Translations under genes and position numbers: made by a program
Notes under the pieces: model-generated
Told to the model about the DNA's origin: nothing
Database searches by the model: none
What the model saw: only the letters and a program-made list of their open reading frames with translations
Shown: positions 18,330-28,705 of the stretch, in pieces
How positions within the stretch are numbered: the stretch's first letter is position 1
How the letters are laid out: each line of letters begins with the position of its first letter
Sequence record: MN445184
Strand: one strand, 5' to 3'
DNA length: 64,000 nucleotides
Source of the DNA: Escherichia phage vB_EcoA_4HA11

Positions 18330-18737
18330 ATGCGTTATGTAGACCGCATGCTCGGTGAAAATGAACATGTCATCGCTTTCACCCGCCCGACTTGGTGGAG
18401 CGGTTTTTGGATTTATGTTCTGGTTATTTTAACGATTATCCCAACATTTGGATTCAGCTTGTTATTTCTGATACCAACAATTTTAAATGTATTGACAACT
18501 GAATTCGCAGTCACCAACAAGCGTGTTATTGTCAAACGGGGATTTATTCGTCGTGATGCTGATGAACTCCGTCTTGGTAAAGTAGAAACCATTAAGGTGG
18601 ACCAGTCTATTACAGGCCGTATCCTGAAGTTTTCGACCATCAGTGTTATTGGTACGGGCGGTACTCGCCTGTTGGCTACAGGTTGTGCTAAAGGGAACGA
18701 ATTCCGTCAAAAAATTTATGATCATCTGGGTGACTAA
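18330..18737 (+). CDS. membrane-anchored bacterial PH-domain (YdbT-like) protein
   Basis: two N-terminal TM helices then FAVTNKRVIVKRGFIRRD..ISVIGTGG pattern. Confidence 0.4.
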   Translation: MRYVDRMLGENEHVIAFTRPTWWSGFWIYVLVILTIIPTFGFSLLFLIPTILNVLTTEFAVTNKRVIVKRGFIRRDADELRLGKVETIKVDQSITGRILKFSTISVIGTGGTRLLATGCAKGNEFRQKIYDHLGD

Positions 18738-18956
18738 ATGATTACTGCAGGATACACCGTCGATTTGTATTGTGAGTGTGTTGAATGCAAATCTTGTAAT
18801 TGGGCTTGGGAAGAACATCACCCCAGATGTGGGATGAAGTCTTATGCTGGTGAATCTTGGGGAGACTGTGCTAGACAAGCCCGTGCTGATGGGTGGATGA
18901 TATGCAGGGACAAACAAACTTGCTTTGCCCCTGGACATCCAAGGAAATCAGGGTAA
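18738..18956 (+). CDS. small cysteine-rich protein
   Basis: 72 aa with 8 Cys (CECVECKSC..). Confidence 0.4.
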   Translation: MITAGYTVDLYCECVECKSCNWAWEEHHPRCGMKSYAGESWGDCARQARADGWMICRDKQTCFAPGHPRKSG

Positions 18957-19568
18957 TAACAAACCATCATCTTCCGATTGCGTTGGTTGTTTATTAGCAG
19001 TTTCCTTCTTCATTTGCTCTTTCAACGCATTAATCCTTTGAGCGCGGCGTCGATCTTCCATTTCGACTTCGCGCTTTTTCTTAGAACGAAGAGCAAATTG
19101 TTTTTTAACTTCTGGGTCTTCACCTGGCACCAAATGTTCTTCTGTCCAGATAATGAATTTCCAACCTACCTTTGCGCAATGTTCTTTAGTTGCTGTCCAC
19201 TTTGCCTGATTTACCAACCAAGTGCGCATTGAATTATTGAATGTTGATTCCTTCATCGTTTTAGTTTTGCGAGGTTCTTTAATCTGGTCTTTGGGTTTTA
19301 TTTCAATAAGAGTAATTTGTAATTCATCGGAATCCTGCCGACGAGTCCAAACCTTCAAATCCATGAAATAACGATGGGCGCGGCCATCAACCGGAGATAT
19401 GTAAGGGATTACAGTTTCTTCTGAAGACCAATAGACGATAGCAGGATTCATATCACAAAATTTAAAGGCGACAAGTTCTAGCGAAGAACGAAATACTATT
19501 TTGTTCACGTCGCCTTTATATTTCTTGGGATTTACGGGAACATACTTCCCCTGCAAATACATAGCCAT
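18948..19568 (-). CDS. PD-(D/E)xK-motif protein; possibly gp4-like head completion protein
   Basis: YFMDLKV..ITLIEIKP (D..E.K); divergent from baseplate/tube genes as T4 gene 4 is. Confidence 0.3.
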   Translation of the reverse strand: MAMYLQGKYVPVNPKKYKGDVNKIVFRSSLELVAFKFCDMNPAIVYWSSEETVIPYISPVDGRAHRYFMDLKVWTRRQDSDELQITLIEIKPKDQIKEPRKTKTMKESTFNNSMRTWLVNQAKWTATKEHCAKVGWKFIIWTEEHLVPGEDPEVKKQFALRSKKKREVEMEDRRRAQRINALKEQMKKETANKQPTQSEDDGLLLP

Positions 19569-19621
19569 ATTCTAGTCCTAAATAGTGTCATCACTCTATT
19601 CTAATTAAAGGGCTTCAGACC

Positions 19622-20590
19622 ATGGCGAATTTCAAGTCGACCATCGATAAGATCAAAGTTCTGAACACAAAAGGCTTGGCCAAGTCTCAGAAGCAATTGG
19701 TCTATCCATTAGACATAACAGGGGGTAAAACCCTCGGCCATTATGTTCTATTCAACATCAACCGAATATCTGGTTCTTCATATGGGGACACCACAACCCA
19801 AACCGTCGAAAATCCGATACAAAATCCATTGGGTAAGACTCCTGTGGTTTACGGTTCTAAATCGGGTTCTATTAGCAAATATGCTTGGGCGCGTCATGTC
19901 CGCTCTAACGAGTCAATTGTGTTGTGTATGCCCGAATCCATTACAACCAACTATGGCGTTGGCTGGAACGGCTCCGAGTTGGGATTAGCAGGTATGGGTG
20001 CCCAATTCTTATCACGCGCCGCCCAAGATATGAGTCAATTCAAACTTGGGGATGCTTTGAATGTTGGGAAAGAAATGGGGAGATTTGCGGCAACAAAGGC
20101 CATTCAATCTGCTTCGGAAGCAATTCCTTTCTTGCCGACAATTAATGCTCATGATACATTAGAATTGTTTACAGGTACAATGACCAACCCGTATGTGGAG
20201 ATGATTTTCCAAGGGGTGCGCAACCGAGAAATCCCGTTCACATTCAAATTCACTCCAAGATCGCAAAAAGAGGCGAAAATGGTGCGGGAGATTATCCGTT
20301 TATTCAAGATGCACATGTATCCAGAATACAAATACAACAAGAATTCCAGCGCATTCTATCTTCATCCATCCACGTTTGATATCACGTTCATGGTCCAGGG
20401 AGAACGCAACAAATGGTTGCATCGGATATCGACTTGCGTCCTATCAAATATGTTTGTCAACGAGACGCCTGACTCTTCATATGCCGTACACAAAGATGAC
20501 AGCATCGTGTCAACCCAGATTGATATGACATTTATCGAACTGGAACCGTTGCACAAAGGCCGCTTTGATACCGAAGGCGACAGCTTCTAA
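19622..20590 (+). CDS. baseplate tail-tube junction protein (gp48/gp54-like)
   Basis: 322 aa (T4 gp54 is 320 aa); tube-initiator-like conserved block; leads a structural operon. Confidence 0.4.
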   Translation: MANFKSTIDKIKVLNTKGLAKSQKQLVYPLDITGGKTLGHYVLFNINRISGSSYGDTTTQTVENPIQNPLGKTPVVYGSKSGSISKYAWARHVRSNESIVLCMPESITTNYGVGWNGSELGLAGMGAQFLSRAAQDMSQFKLGDALNVGKEMGRFAATKAIQSASEAIPFLPTINAHDTLELFTGTMTNPYVEMIFQGVRNREIPFTFKFTPRSQKEAKMVREIIRLFKMHMYPEYKYNKNSSAFYLHPSTFDITFMVQGERNKWLHRISTCVLSNMFVNETPDSSYAVHKDDSIVSTQIDMTFIELEPLHKGRFDTEGDSF

Positions 20591-20602
20591 GGGGAAGATG
20601 CC

Positions 20603-21160
20603 ATGAAATATTTTGAGAAATTTCCACTCGTGTGGCATCAATTAATTGGTGTCAAAGAGGATGACCAAGTCCTGTTGCAGAACTTAACACGACGGGTTAT
20701 GGTTGTTAAGAAAATTAGGGACATAGAAGGGCTTCTCCTGCCGTATACTGTTTTCGATGGGGAAACCCCAAGGTCTTTTGCCGAACGCGTCTACGGTTCC
20801 TTCGAGCTGTTTTGGATCCCATGTCTTATCAATGGTATTATGGACATCGCAGAGGACTGGCCAAAACCAGAGCGCCGTATCATTGAAGAACTGACGGCTC
20901 GATACGGCCTTGACGGAATGTGGGATGTGAAATACTACGTTGACGAATTCGGTCATGAAACAGATCCTAGAGCAATACGTTTAGCATATGGCCTTGGTTC
21001 TATGGATGATTCCACGATTATCGCCAACTATGGTCTGACAGGTATTACATATCATGATGATGCTATAAACAAAAACGAAGCCAAACGGAATATTCAGGTT
21101 CTAGACCCAGATTATGTTTCTTCCTTTGTTAATCAGCTGGAACAGGAGCTGACCAAATGA
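20603..21160 (+). CDS. baseplate-associated protein (gp28/gp53-like?)
   Basis: 185-aa ORF inside structural operon; assignment by position only. Confidence 0.3.
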   Translation: MKYFEKFPLVWHQLIGVKEDDQVLLQNLTRRVMVVKKIRDIEGLLLPYTVFDGETPRSFAERVYGSFELFWIPCLINGIMDIAEDWPKPERRIIEELTARYGLDGMWDVKYYVDEFGHETDPRAIRLAYGLGSMDDSTIIANYGLTGITYHDDAINKNEAKRNIQVLDPDYVSSFVNQLEQELTK

Positions 21161-22545
21161 TCGAAAATAAAGAATCCCAGGACGGAATTTTAACTCCGTC
21201 CACAACATTTGATTTGAAATATATGGCGATATTACCACACACGCCTGAAGGCGGTACTCCCAAGCCTTATGACCTTTCATCGTTGTTTCAAGAATTCAAC
21301 GTATATCAGGATCTTGGTCTGGAAGGGAATGCTTCACCGTCGCTGACAGCTAATATTCTGATCAAAGAAGGCTGGGATATATTGGATACAATGCCAATCC
21401 TCGGAGGTGAGGAAGTAGTGGTATCGTTCAAATCACCTGCGGCTTCCGACTACACTACGCTTTCATTGCGAGTCAGTCGGGTGGGGAGAGTTGCTGACGA
21501 ATCGAACTCTTCTTCGAAAAAGGCATTTTGGTTACACTTGGTGACAACAGACGCGTATCGAGATAGCATGTTGCGTAAATCTGTTGGATTAAGCGGTTCT
21601 TATTCTGAGATGGCAGCTAAGATCTTTGAGCAACTGAATTCACGCACCAAATTTGAAGACATAGATCCTTCATATGGGATACAAGAAAGGTTCGCCACCC
21701 CTCTTTGGCCTGTACTTCGCTCCATAGATTATATGGCCAGCCGTGCATATGACGAATTATTCATGCCATTCGTTTTCTATGAAGACTTCACAGGCTATCA
21801 CTTCAAGAGCATGACGACATTGTTCAACCAGGGCAATCAGTCCATGACTGCTGAAGAGAAACAAGAGGCAAGCGCGGAAAAGAAATTCTTCCGTGATCCT
21901 CAAGATGCCCCGTTAATGCAAGACAATAACTTCAACTCCGAACGTTTTATGCGGACGATCATCAAGGCTGAAAAGAAACTGGCGCGTGATCAGTACATGG
22001 CGAATTATCGGGATATCTTGGCAGTGAACGAGCGCGTGTATGACTTTAGTACAAAATCCACGACAGCGACCCAACGCATTTATTCAGAATGGTTTGACAG
22101 CACTGCTCACCTTGATCCGTTCCCTTTGTTCTCGGATCAATTTGATCGTGAAAATGTTCGTTATATCGAGGCACAACCAGATGGAGCTGAACAAATAGAT
22201 TATGCTCGCCGCGTAATAGAATTCAGTCTAGCATCTACGGTTATGCGTTTGCTCGTGGTCGGCGATAACCGCCTGAACGTTGGTCAGGTTTATTATATTG
22301 AAGATTTGTCGAACCGCCCGAAATCTAATGAAAACATTGCCGAGTTAAGTAAGTTATCAACAGGCCATTATATCGTCACAAAGATACGCCACAAGATTTC
22401 ACGCCTGACAAATGATTATCAATGCGTCGCTGAGATTGCCAAAGATAGTATGATCCAGAAGGTCTTACCGCCTCAGACTGGTCAAACTGTGGCTTCTACA
22501 CCAACTCCGACGCCAATAGAGAAAGGACAAGCCCAGAAGGTCTGA
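21157..22545 (+). CDS. baseplate hub-like structural protein (gp27-like?)
   Basis: 462-aa ORF between tube-initiator-like and tape-measure-like genes. Confidence 0.3.
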   Translation: MIENKESQDGILTPSTTFDLKYMAILPHTPEGGTPKPYDLSSLFQEFNVYQDLGLEGNASPSLTANILIKEGWDILDTMPILGGEEVVVSFKSPAASDYTTLSLRVSRVGRVADESNSSSKKAFWLHLVTTDAYRDSMLRKSVGLSGSYSEMAAKIFEQLNSRTKFEDIDPSYGIQERFATPLWPVLRSIDYMASRAYDELFMPFVFYEDFTGYHFKSMTTLFNQGNQSMTAEEKQEASAEKKFFRDPQDAPLMQDNNFNSERFMRTIIKAEKKLARDQYMANYRDILAVNERVYDFSTKSTTATQRIYSEWFDSTAHLDPFPLFSDQFDRENVRYIEAQPDGAEQIDYARRVIEFSLASTVMRLLVVGDNRLNVGQVYYIEDLSNRPKSNENIAELSKLSTGHYIVTKIRHKISRLTNDYQCVAEIAKDSMIQKVLPPQTGQTVASTPTPTPIEKGQAQKV

Positions 22546-22555
22546 GAGGTGACAA

Positions 22556-24496
22556 ATGGCAGATAACAATCAACCGACACCAGGGCAGCAAGACATCGTC
22601 AAGGTTTTGGATAAAATCAAAAAAGAAATGATGGAGCGCAAGCAATTGCGCGCCCAATCCGAGACGAATAAACAGCTCGCAGATGTCAACAAACAACTGC
22701 AATCTCTGAAGACACGCCAGGCGTCTAATCAGGAGCAGAAAGTCCCGCCAATTAAATTCCCATCGGTGAATGATATTGTTGGTGGGTTTGTCCGCGTCAG
22801 TCCTATTTTCACAAGGGATTACAGCACTTGGATGAAAGACACCGTCAGTCTTTCCAAGGACGGAAATGAAGAACTGATGCGAATCGCAACCAAAATAGAA
22901 AAATTTGGCGAAGCGGCGAATGGTCCGGTTGACGACATGTCAGTTGAATATCTTGACATGATATCAGATCAATTGGGCGCGGCCAACGAAGATAGTCTTG
23001 AACGCCTTGATGGATTAAAGGATAAGCTGGCGTTGGTCGGAGGGGAGATCGTAAACCTGACTGACATAATGCTTCAAACGCATAAGGACACGCTGGATTT
23101 CAATAAAGATGCCAGTAACGAAACTGTTACCCGCCTCGACAGCATTGATGACAAATTGGGATACATGAACGAAGATCTTAATGATACTCTGACACGTATC
23201 TATGAAAGTGATCAAAAATATAGAGAAGAAGAGAAATTCCGTCGTGGCGAAGAAGGTAAGGAAAACAAGAACAACCCAGAGGCTGGTTCTATCCCTCCGT
23301 CTGAGCCTAAACAAGATGGTCAATCTTCTGGGTTAGGCGCGGCGCTGGGGGCACTCCTTGGACTGGGTGCGTTAAAACTCCTGATGTCCCCATTAAAACT
23401 TGTTGGTGGCTTCATTAAATTATTCATGGGGTTTGGTGCTGGGATCGGCGGGTTGCTTGCGCCTCTGAAAGCAGCAACCAAGATGCTTCGAGTTGGACCT
23501 CTGGCGTTAATAACATCTGTATTTGAATTCGGTAAAGGTTTCTTTAATGCTAAAGAAATCCTTGGTAAAGCGCAAGTATCGATCGTTGATCGGGTTCAGG
23601 CAGGGATAACAGAGCTGGTCGGTAGTTTCGGGGATCTCGCTGATTGGGTTGCTGAAATATTCGGATGGAACAATGCTGGGTTTGGAAAGGCGTTCCGTGA
23701 ACAAGTGCTGAAAATGACCGAAGCGCCCGTGCGTTGGTTGAACTCGATTGTTGATTGGGTCACCAACGATTTGTTTGCGGGTATCGGGAAGAGTACATCA
23801 CTGACCGAAATCCCTGGTAAACTTGCAGACAACTTACAAGGCCAATTGATAAAATTGGTTGATTGGGTAACGGGCGGGATATCAGGATTGATTGATGATG
23901 GCATGGCGGCTGCAAATAAAGTCGTTGAAGATATGAAGAAAGGATTTGCGGAAAACGTGAAGAAACCATTCTTTAATATGTTGAATGCCATAACCAATGC
24001 CATGTTTGATATCGTGGATAAATTCGTGAGTATCATACCTGATGCTCTGGGTGGTGAAGCAGCCAGGAACAAAATGGCGGAAGCAAGACAGTCTATGCTA
24101 ATCAGCCAAGACGATAAGGCTCCTGAGAATGCGTCTACGCCGCCAAGCAGCCAATCACCAGCACAACCCAATGCCAATATCAGCACGTTAACTCCAATGC
24201 CTTCTGGGGTGTCCTCAGACGCTGTCAACGTTACGGATAGAACTTCACAATTGAAAGACGCATACGCAGGGATTGGGGGAGGTACTCTGGGCGGGGCTTA
24301 TCCGGTTCAAGGAAGAGCAGCCAATAACATCGAAGAAGTTAAATCCGCCTATGCTAACCCGCCAGCCAGTGTTGTGGTTCCAGTACAACAAAATGTGGAC
24401 AACTCGAAGAAAGTCAGTACGACGAACAACTTCAATAGTTCACAGTTGGAGCCGTCCAACCGTACTGATACAGGGCGCATTCTCTGGGATTGGTAA
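22556..24496 (+). CDS. tail tape-measure / baseplate hub protein (gp29-like)
   Basis: 646 aa; N-terminal coiled coil, central glycine-rich hydrophobic stretch (GLGAALGALLGLGALKLL), long helical remainder. Confidence 0.4.
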   Translation: MADNNQPTPGQQDIVKVLDKIKKEMMERKQLRAQSETNKQLADVNKQLQSLKTRQASNQEQKVPPIKFPSVNDIVGGFVRVSPIFTRDYSTWMKDTVSLSKDGNEELMRIATKIEKFGEAANGPVDDMSVEYLDMISDQLGAANEDSLERLDGLKDKLALVGGEIVNLTDIMLQTHKDTLDFNKDASNETVTRLDSIDDKLGYMNEDLNDTLTRIYESDQKYREEEKFRRGEEGKENKNNPEAGSIPPSEPKQDGQSSGLGAALGALLGLGALKLLMSPLKLVGGFIKLFMGFGAGIGGLLAPLKAATKMLRVGPLALITSVFEFGKGFFNAKEILGKAQVSIVDRVQAGITELVGSFGDLADWVAEIFGWNNAGFGKAFREQVLKMTEAPVRWLNSIVDWVTNDLFAGIGKSTSLTEIPGKLADNLQGQLIKLVDWVTGGISGLIDDGMAAANKVVEDMKKGFAENVKKPFFNMLNAITNAMFDIVDKFVSIIPDALGGEAARNKMAEARQSMLISQDDKAPENASTPPSSQSPAQPNANISTLTPMPSGVSSDAVNVTDRTSQLKDAYAGIGGGTLGGAYPVQGRAANNIEEVKSAYANPPASVVVPVQQNVDNSKKVSTTNNFNSSQLEPSNRTDTGRILWDW

Positions 24497-25159
24497 TCAA
24501 ATTCCGTGGGCAAGGATTAGCTCACGGAGTTTTCCTTTTGTGTATTCTGTGTTTTCATCAGGAACAACTGAATTGGTTTTCTTTAATAAAAAAGACTCAG
24601 AGTTCCAATAGATGTCATCCTTGAGTATTGTATCATATAAATGGATGAACCCCACTACTTTATTCAATCCAACGAGAAACCAAATTGGATAGCGTTTAAC
24701 AATAATATCTGTCAGTAAAGGTGGATGCCCATTACCATTTCCTTTGATATATTGGATAAAATTCACGCCTCTTTCTTTTATCTCAGGGATCATATATCTC
24801 TCAAAATGTTCAAGAAAATTATATGAGAAGTTGTCATACAGGCGGCGATATTCATTATAATTTTCTTGAGCCTGACGGGTGAGTAATGTTGTCACCCATG
24901 TTTTTGGTGATTTAACAAAGTTGGCGATGATATAATTTTCCACCACTTCACCCTGGGAAGATTCAAACCGACGAGCAAGTTTGGCAAATTGTTTGGCCAC
25001 ACCCTGTTTAGAATAGAACGTTTCAAACTTGTAATTGTTCATCGGCCCATACAGGCCATAATCAAAATCTTTGGTGGTGAAATGCAACTTGATCGCCATA
25101 TATATGCAATAAACGTTAAATGCACGTTCGTATTGCATTTTCTCCCACTCAGTTATCAT
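24497..25159 (-). CDS. gp59-like helicase loader (tentative)
   Basis: 220 aa; size and N-terminal basic helical pattern similar to recalled T4 gp59. Confidence 0.35.
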   Translation of the reverse strand: MITEWEKMQYERAFNVYCIYMAIKLHFTTKDFDYGLYGPMNNYKFETFYSKQGVAKQFAKLARRFESSQGEVVENYIIANFVKSPKTWVTTLLTRQAQENYNEYRRLYDNFSYNFLEHFERYMIPEIKERGVNFIQYIKGNGNGHPPLLTDIIVKRYPIWFLVGLNKVVGFIHLYDTILKDDIYWNSESFLLKKTNSVVPDENTEYTKGKLRELILAHGI

Positions 25160-25566
25160 GGCGTTTCTCCCTGCTTTTCTGTTTCTGTAATCTGCGGCGT
25201 TCAGAACAGAACTGATTGAACTCCGTCACCAATCCTTTCTCCTTTATAAAGAGAATGGCGTTTCGAAAAGCAATTCCAATTTTGGCATATGACGGCGGAT
25301 TTTTACCAACCACGTGATCTCTCCTCTGTGCGAACGAAACGTTGAAACTCTTCTGTCTTCCCTTGTCGGTGAATAAAAACCAACGCCAGAATAAAACGGC
25401 GAAAAGATTTTGGTATGAGACGATATCCGTTGGTCCAATTATAAACGACATCAGAACAATTCATCATCTTCATCATCTGTAATTCAGAAACTCCCAATTC
25501 CCTCATAATGTTTATAAGGTGAAGAGAATCATTGTCTTTCCTTGGTTTCTTATCAATAAGTTTCAT
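25149..25566 (-). pseudogene. HTH protein gene interrupted by a 1-nt frameshift at an A5/T5 homopolymer (25375-25379)
   Basis: ORFs 25303..25566 and 25149..25451 overlap 149 nt in adjacent frames; removing one T from GGTTTTTATT joins ..RFILALV to LFTDKGRQ.. giving about 138 aa; downstream frame ends with ATGATAACTGA coupling to next gene. Confidence 0.45.
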
Positions 25567-25643
25567 AATAACACCTGGTAATGATTTCTTGGAATTATAC
25601 TGCTACTGACTTTATTGAATGGGGTTCCGAAGAACCCCAATTT

Positions 25644-27071
25644 TCATGCCGCTTCCAACAACACCAAAATATTTTCGATATATGCTTTCTGGATAGCATA
25701 GACTTCAGCCAGTGTATTAGCGACTTTCTTGTCTGTGCGTACTTCAACGAGACGTGGAAGGAATAGAGACTTCATGGCGTCATCGGTTTTATCCTGTACG
25801 CCATTAGAGAGCACGGCGGCAATCTTACCAATGAAGTCCTCTTGGTTTTCCCACATTCGTAGTCTCAACTCATCCGAGATCCCCGATACGCCAACAACTA
25901 AGAGGCCATCAGAGGTCTTGCAGAGGAGAGATCCAAATGTCTTGGCGTGCTTCCCTTTCTTATCGGCCTCATTGAAGCCAACTATTTCAAGGTCACATTC
26001 TACTTCCATTTTTAGCTTTAACCCTTCAGATGATGTTCCATCTTCCCAAGGCATATCTGCAGCCTTACAAATCGTGCCTTCTTCCCGACGAGCCAAAGCA
26101 TCTTTGAAGTGTTCGACAGCTTCTTCAAATGAATGAACAACACGGGTTTCTTGAACCTGAACCAGGCCGTCATCCCCTTCGAACAACTGTTGTATGATAT
26201 CAAAACGGCGATCATATGGGGTGTCCACACGCTGAGCATTGAACCAATTATCATACGGCACAACATCCCATACCCGATAGATCACCTTGTAACGATCTTC
26301 CAGGGGTTCACCCGTTTGGATAACACTGTTGAGCTTACCATTGCCGATAGCCCGAGGCAACACTGTATTCGTTTTCAGATCAATGACGAGCAGTTCACCA
26401 TGGAAGACGCTTTCACCAATCCCCGCATCATAGATCAGGTCTTTGAAAACCAATGACAGGTTATCAACGGAACCACCCGCAATAAGAGAACCGGAACGAG
26501 AACGAATCTCTGGGTCTCTTCCATAACGACAGATGATGTTGGCGAACATGCCATCTGACTTCAGCTGGCTGAAGACGCCACGCTTAAAGTCCATCTTCTT
26601 CAGCAAGTCAATCGTCATGTTATCATAACGGTGATATGGAAGGATATTAATCAGACGCCCTGTACCACCTGCTGCGTTGAATGCTGCGTTTATACCTTTC
26701 TCGGCAATTCCCGCTTTGATGTCTCTGTCGAGTATAATTTGTATCAGGGTATGGTAATCCGGATGAATGTTGGTTGCAGCCTTCGCAAGTTCTTGATCTG
26801 CCTTCATCCCACCGATCTTGCGTTCGGCCATCATATCGAGAACGTCATAAACCTGATCCCAGCTACCAACAACGCCGCGCGAGAGCATGCGAGGGAATGC
26901 GTTTAGATTGAATTGAGTGCGGTAATAAGAACGCATCGGGTCGTAGACGTATTGAAGGAAATCAACCAATTCTGGGTTGTTTCTGAACGCCTCGGTCAGC
27001 ACAGCTTTCTTGGCGTTGGTGCCTTTGGTATCGCGAAGATTTTGAATTATTTCTAAAAGAGGAAGCATCAT
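25644..27071 (-). CDS. ATP-dependent DNA ligase (gp30-like)
   Basis: 475 aa; N-terminus resembles T4 ligase; adenylation motif LKSDG (KxDG). Confidence 0.75.
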   Translation of the reverse strand: MMLPLLEIIQNLRDTKGTNAKKAVLTEAFRNNPELVDFLQYVYDPMRSYYRTQFNLNAFPRMLSRGVVGSWDQVYDVLDMMAERKIGGMKADQELAKAATNIHPDYHTLIQIILDRDIKAGIAEKGINAAFNAAGGTGRLINILPYHRYDNMTIDLLKKMDFKRGVFSQLKSDGMFANIICRYGRDPEIRSRSGSLIAGGSVDNLSLVFKDLIYDAGIGESVFHGELLVIDLKTNTVLPRAIGNGKLNSVIQTGEPLEDRYKVIYRVWDVVPYDNWFNAQRVDTPYDRRFDIIQQLFEGDDGLVQVQETRVVHSFEEAVEHFKDALARREEGTICKAADMPWEDGTSSEGLKLKMEVECDLEIVGFNEADKKGKHAKTFGSLLCKTSDGLLVVGVSGISDELRLRMWENQEDFIGKIAAVLSNGVQDKTDDAMKSLFLPRLVEVRTDKKVANTLAEVYAIQKAYIENILVLLEAA

Positions 27072-27124
27072 GTGTCTCCAGGGTTATTCGTCATGCTATT
27101 ATAACCCTAGAGACTTCAATAGAT

Positions 27125-27484
27125 TTATTTGCTGCGTCTTTTTCTGTTGTTCGGTGGTGTGGCAGAGGTGAAAGATTCCTTCCAACTCTTGAATTTTTCA
27201 ATCAGGGATTCTTTCCCCATCTCACCGTTGGAAACATCATGGATATAAGCAAATGCGTCATACCCATATCCTGGTAAAGCAGAACAGATTCGAAGGTGAA
27301 CCAAAGATTCTCCCACAGAAACCAAATAATGATCGCGACGATCATTCAGAGCATAATGATTGTCATGGAATTTGTCGATAACAACACAGTTCTGGGGTTC
27401 GGCGTCAATTGCCAGCCCGTTGGCTTCGCTACCGCCGCGCCCAAGGGTGCATCCTGGGAATAATGTTTCTACAAGTGTGGTCAT
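27125..27484 (-). CDS. hypothetical protein
   Basis: internal ATG 27484 with GAAGGA RBS. Confidence 0.4.
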   Translation of the reverse strand: MTTLVETLFPGCTLGRGGSEANGLAIDAEPQNCVVIDKFHDNHYALNDRRDHYLVSVGESLVHLRICSALPGYGYDAFAYIHDVSNGEMGKESLIEKFKSWKESFTSATPPNNRKRRSK

Positions 27485-27531
27485 AGTCTGATCCTTCTGT
27501 AAAGTTCCCATGCATTATATGGGTAAATTGT

Positions 27532-27951
27532 TTATTGAAAATCGTGATGGCCGTATGCGCCCTCTTCGGCTTCATCGCGTTCAGCTTCTCTTATCTCAGC
27601 CTTTGAAGCCCCAAGGACTCTGAGCTGGCGAGAACTGAACAGAGGATAGTCCATTCCGTCGAATCGGATATGACCACAACCCGCCTTATTGAGTTTGTCC
27701 ATCTGCTCTTCAGTGAGGCCAGCAGAAAGGCGGACAGACTCTTTCCGCAAATCAGAAAGGATTGCCTGCGCCGATTTAGGTCGCTTGCCATTCAGGGACA
27801 GGTCTGTTGGGGTATCTTTACGACACCCAAAGGTCTTCCAGTAGGCGGCGCAAGACTTAGAACAGAACAACCCCCAGCCACGGTCAATGTCGGCCTGGCG
27901 AACCATCTTCTTGTTCGGACAGCATTTGCATTGGATTTCAACTTTTGACAT
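27532..27951 (-). CDS. zinc-ribbon protein
   Basis: internal start MSKVEIQCKCCPNK; CxC..C..C N-terminus. Confidence 0.4.
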   Translation of the reverse strand: MSKVEIQCKCCPNKKMVRQADIDRGWGLFCSKSCAAYWKTFGCRKDTPTDLSLNGKRPKSAQAILSDLRKESVRLSAGLTEEQMDKLNKAGCGHIRFDGMDYPLFSSRQLRVLGASKAEIREAERDEAEEGAYGHHDFQ

Positions 27952-28291
27952 TGTGACACCCCAGAGCTTTGCGGACTTTTTCACGGTCATATGTATCGAC
28001 CTGAATTGCTTCACGATTAATCCGACGCCTGTGATGTCGGGTGAGCGCTTTATACACGGCCTTGGCCTCATGGTATGGCAGACAATCGAAACAAAAACCG
28101 ATATCGACTCTATACCCTGCGCTGCTATTGACTGTATATGCACATACCCTTACGCCGTTATAGATGACAGCATCGATACCGACAAAGCGTTCACCATTCC
28201 ATTCAACGTCATCAGCGTCGATGGCATCAATAAGACAACGGATTTCGACGCTTAGGGGTTTCCCCAACAACCAGTTAAAATATTTGCGCAT
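27938..28291 (-). CDS. hypothetical protein
   Basis: 117-aa ORF. Confidence 0.4.
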   Translation of the reverse strand: MRKYFNWLLGKPLSVEIRCLIDAIDADDVEWNGERFVGIDAVIYNGVRVCAYTVNSSAGYRVDIGFCFDCLPYHEAKAVYKALTRHHRRRINREAIQVDTYDREKVRKALGCHNVKS

Positions 28292-28292
28292 G

Positions 28293-28505
28293 TCATTTAC
28301 TCATCAGTGAAAGAAGATTGACTTTATCTGAACGTGCGTTTGGTGAGTAATGCACGTCCTGAGAGTGCCTCTTACAGCACGGACAATCCTTGGTGGCAAT
28401 TACACAGGGAGCCTTATCCACGGCATATCCGGCTTCTTCGGCTTCCTTCACGGTGTTAAATGGCAAGTATGCACTTGTGCCTTGCCCTCCGCATGAACAT
28501 TCCAT
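28293..28505 (-). CDS. small cysteine-rich protein
   Basis: 70 aa, CSCGG..CPCC. Confidence 0.4.
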   Translation of the reverse strand: MECSCGGQGTSAYLPFNTVKEAEEAGYAVDKAPCVIATKDCPCCKRHSQDVHYSPNARSDKVNLLSLMSK

Positions 28506-28705
28506 TAGAAATCCTCCTTGGTAATGAAGAGCAAATCAGATTTCAGATTTTGGCGCTTGACACGGCGGACATGTCGATGCTCCTTTTTAATACCGTCTGA
28601 ACGTTTTGATTTAGAGCGGCGATTTTTGTATGTGTCCGCTGGGTACTTGTCATGGCCTGGACAACAAGATCCAGGGTAGTAAACATCCAAGATTTCCCGT
28701 TTCAT
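28505..28705 (-). CDS. small basic Cys/His protein
   Basis: 66 aa, CCPGH, Lys/Arg-rich. Confidence 0.4.
   Translation of the reverse strand: MKREILDVYYPGSCCPGHDKYPADTYKNRRSKSKRSDGIKKEHRHVRRVKRQNLKSDLLFITKEDF

Noticed and set aside
25149-25566. Two independent overlapping genes
   Set aside because: A 149-nt out-of-frame overlap is atypical, and a single-base change at a homopolymer restores one continuous, translationally coupled ORF.
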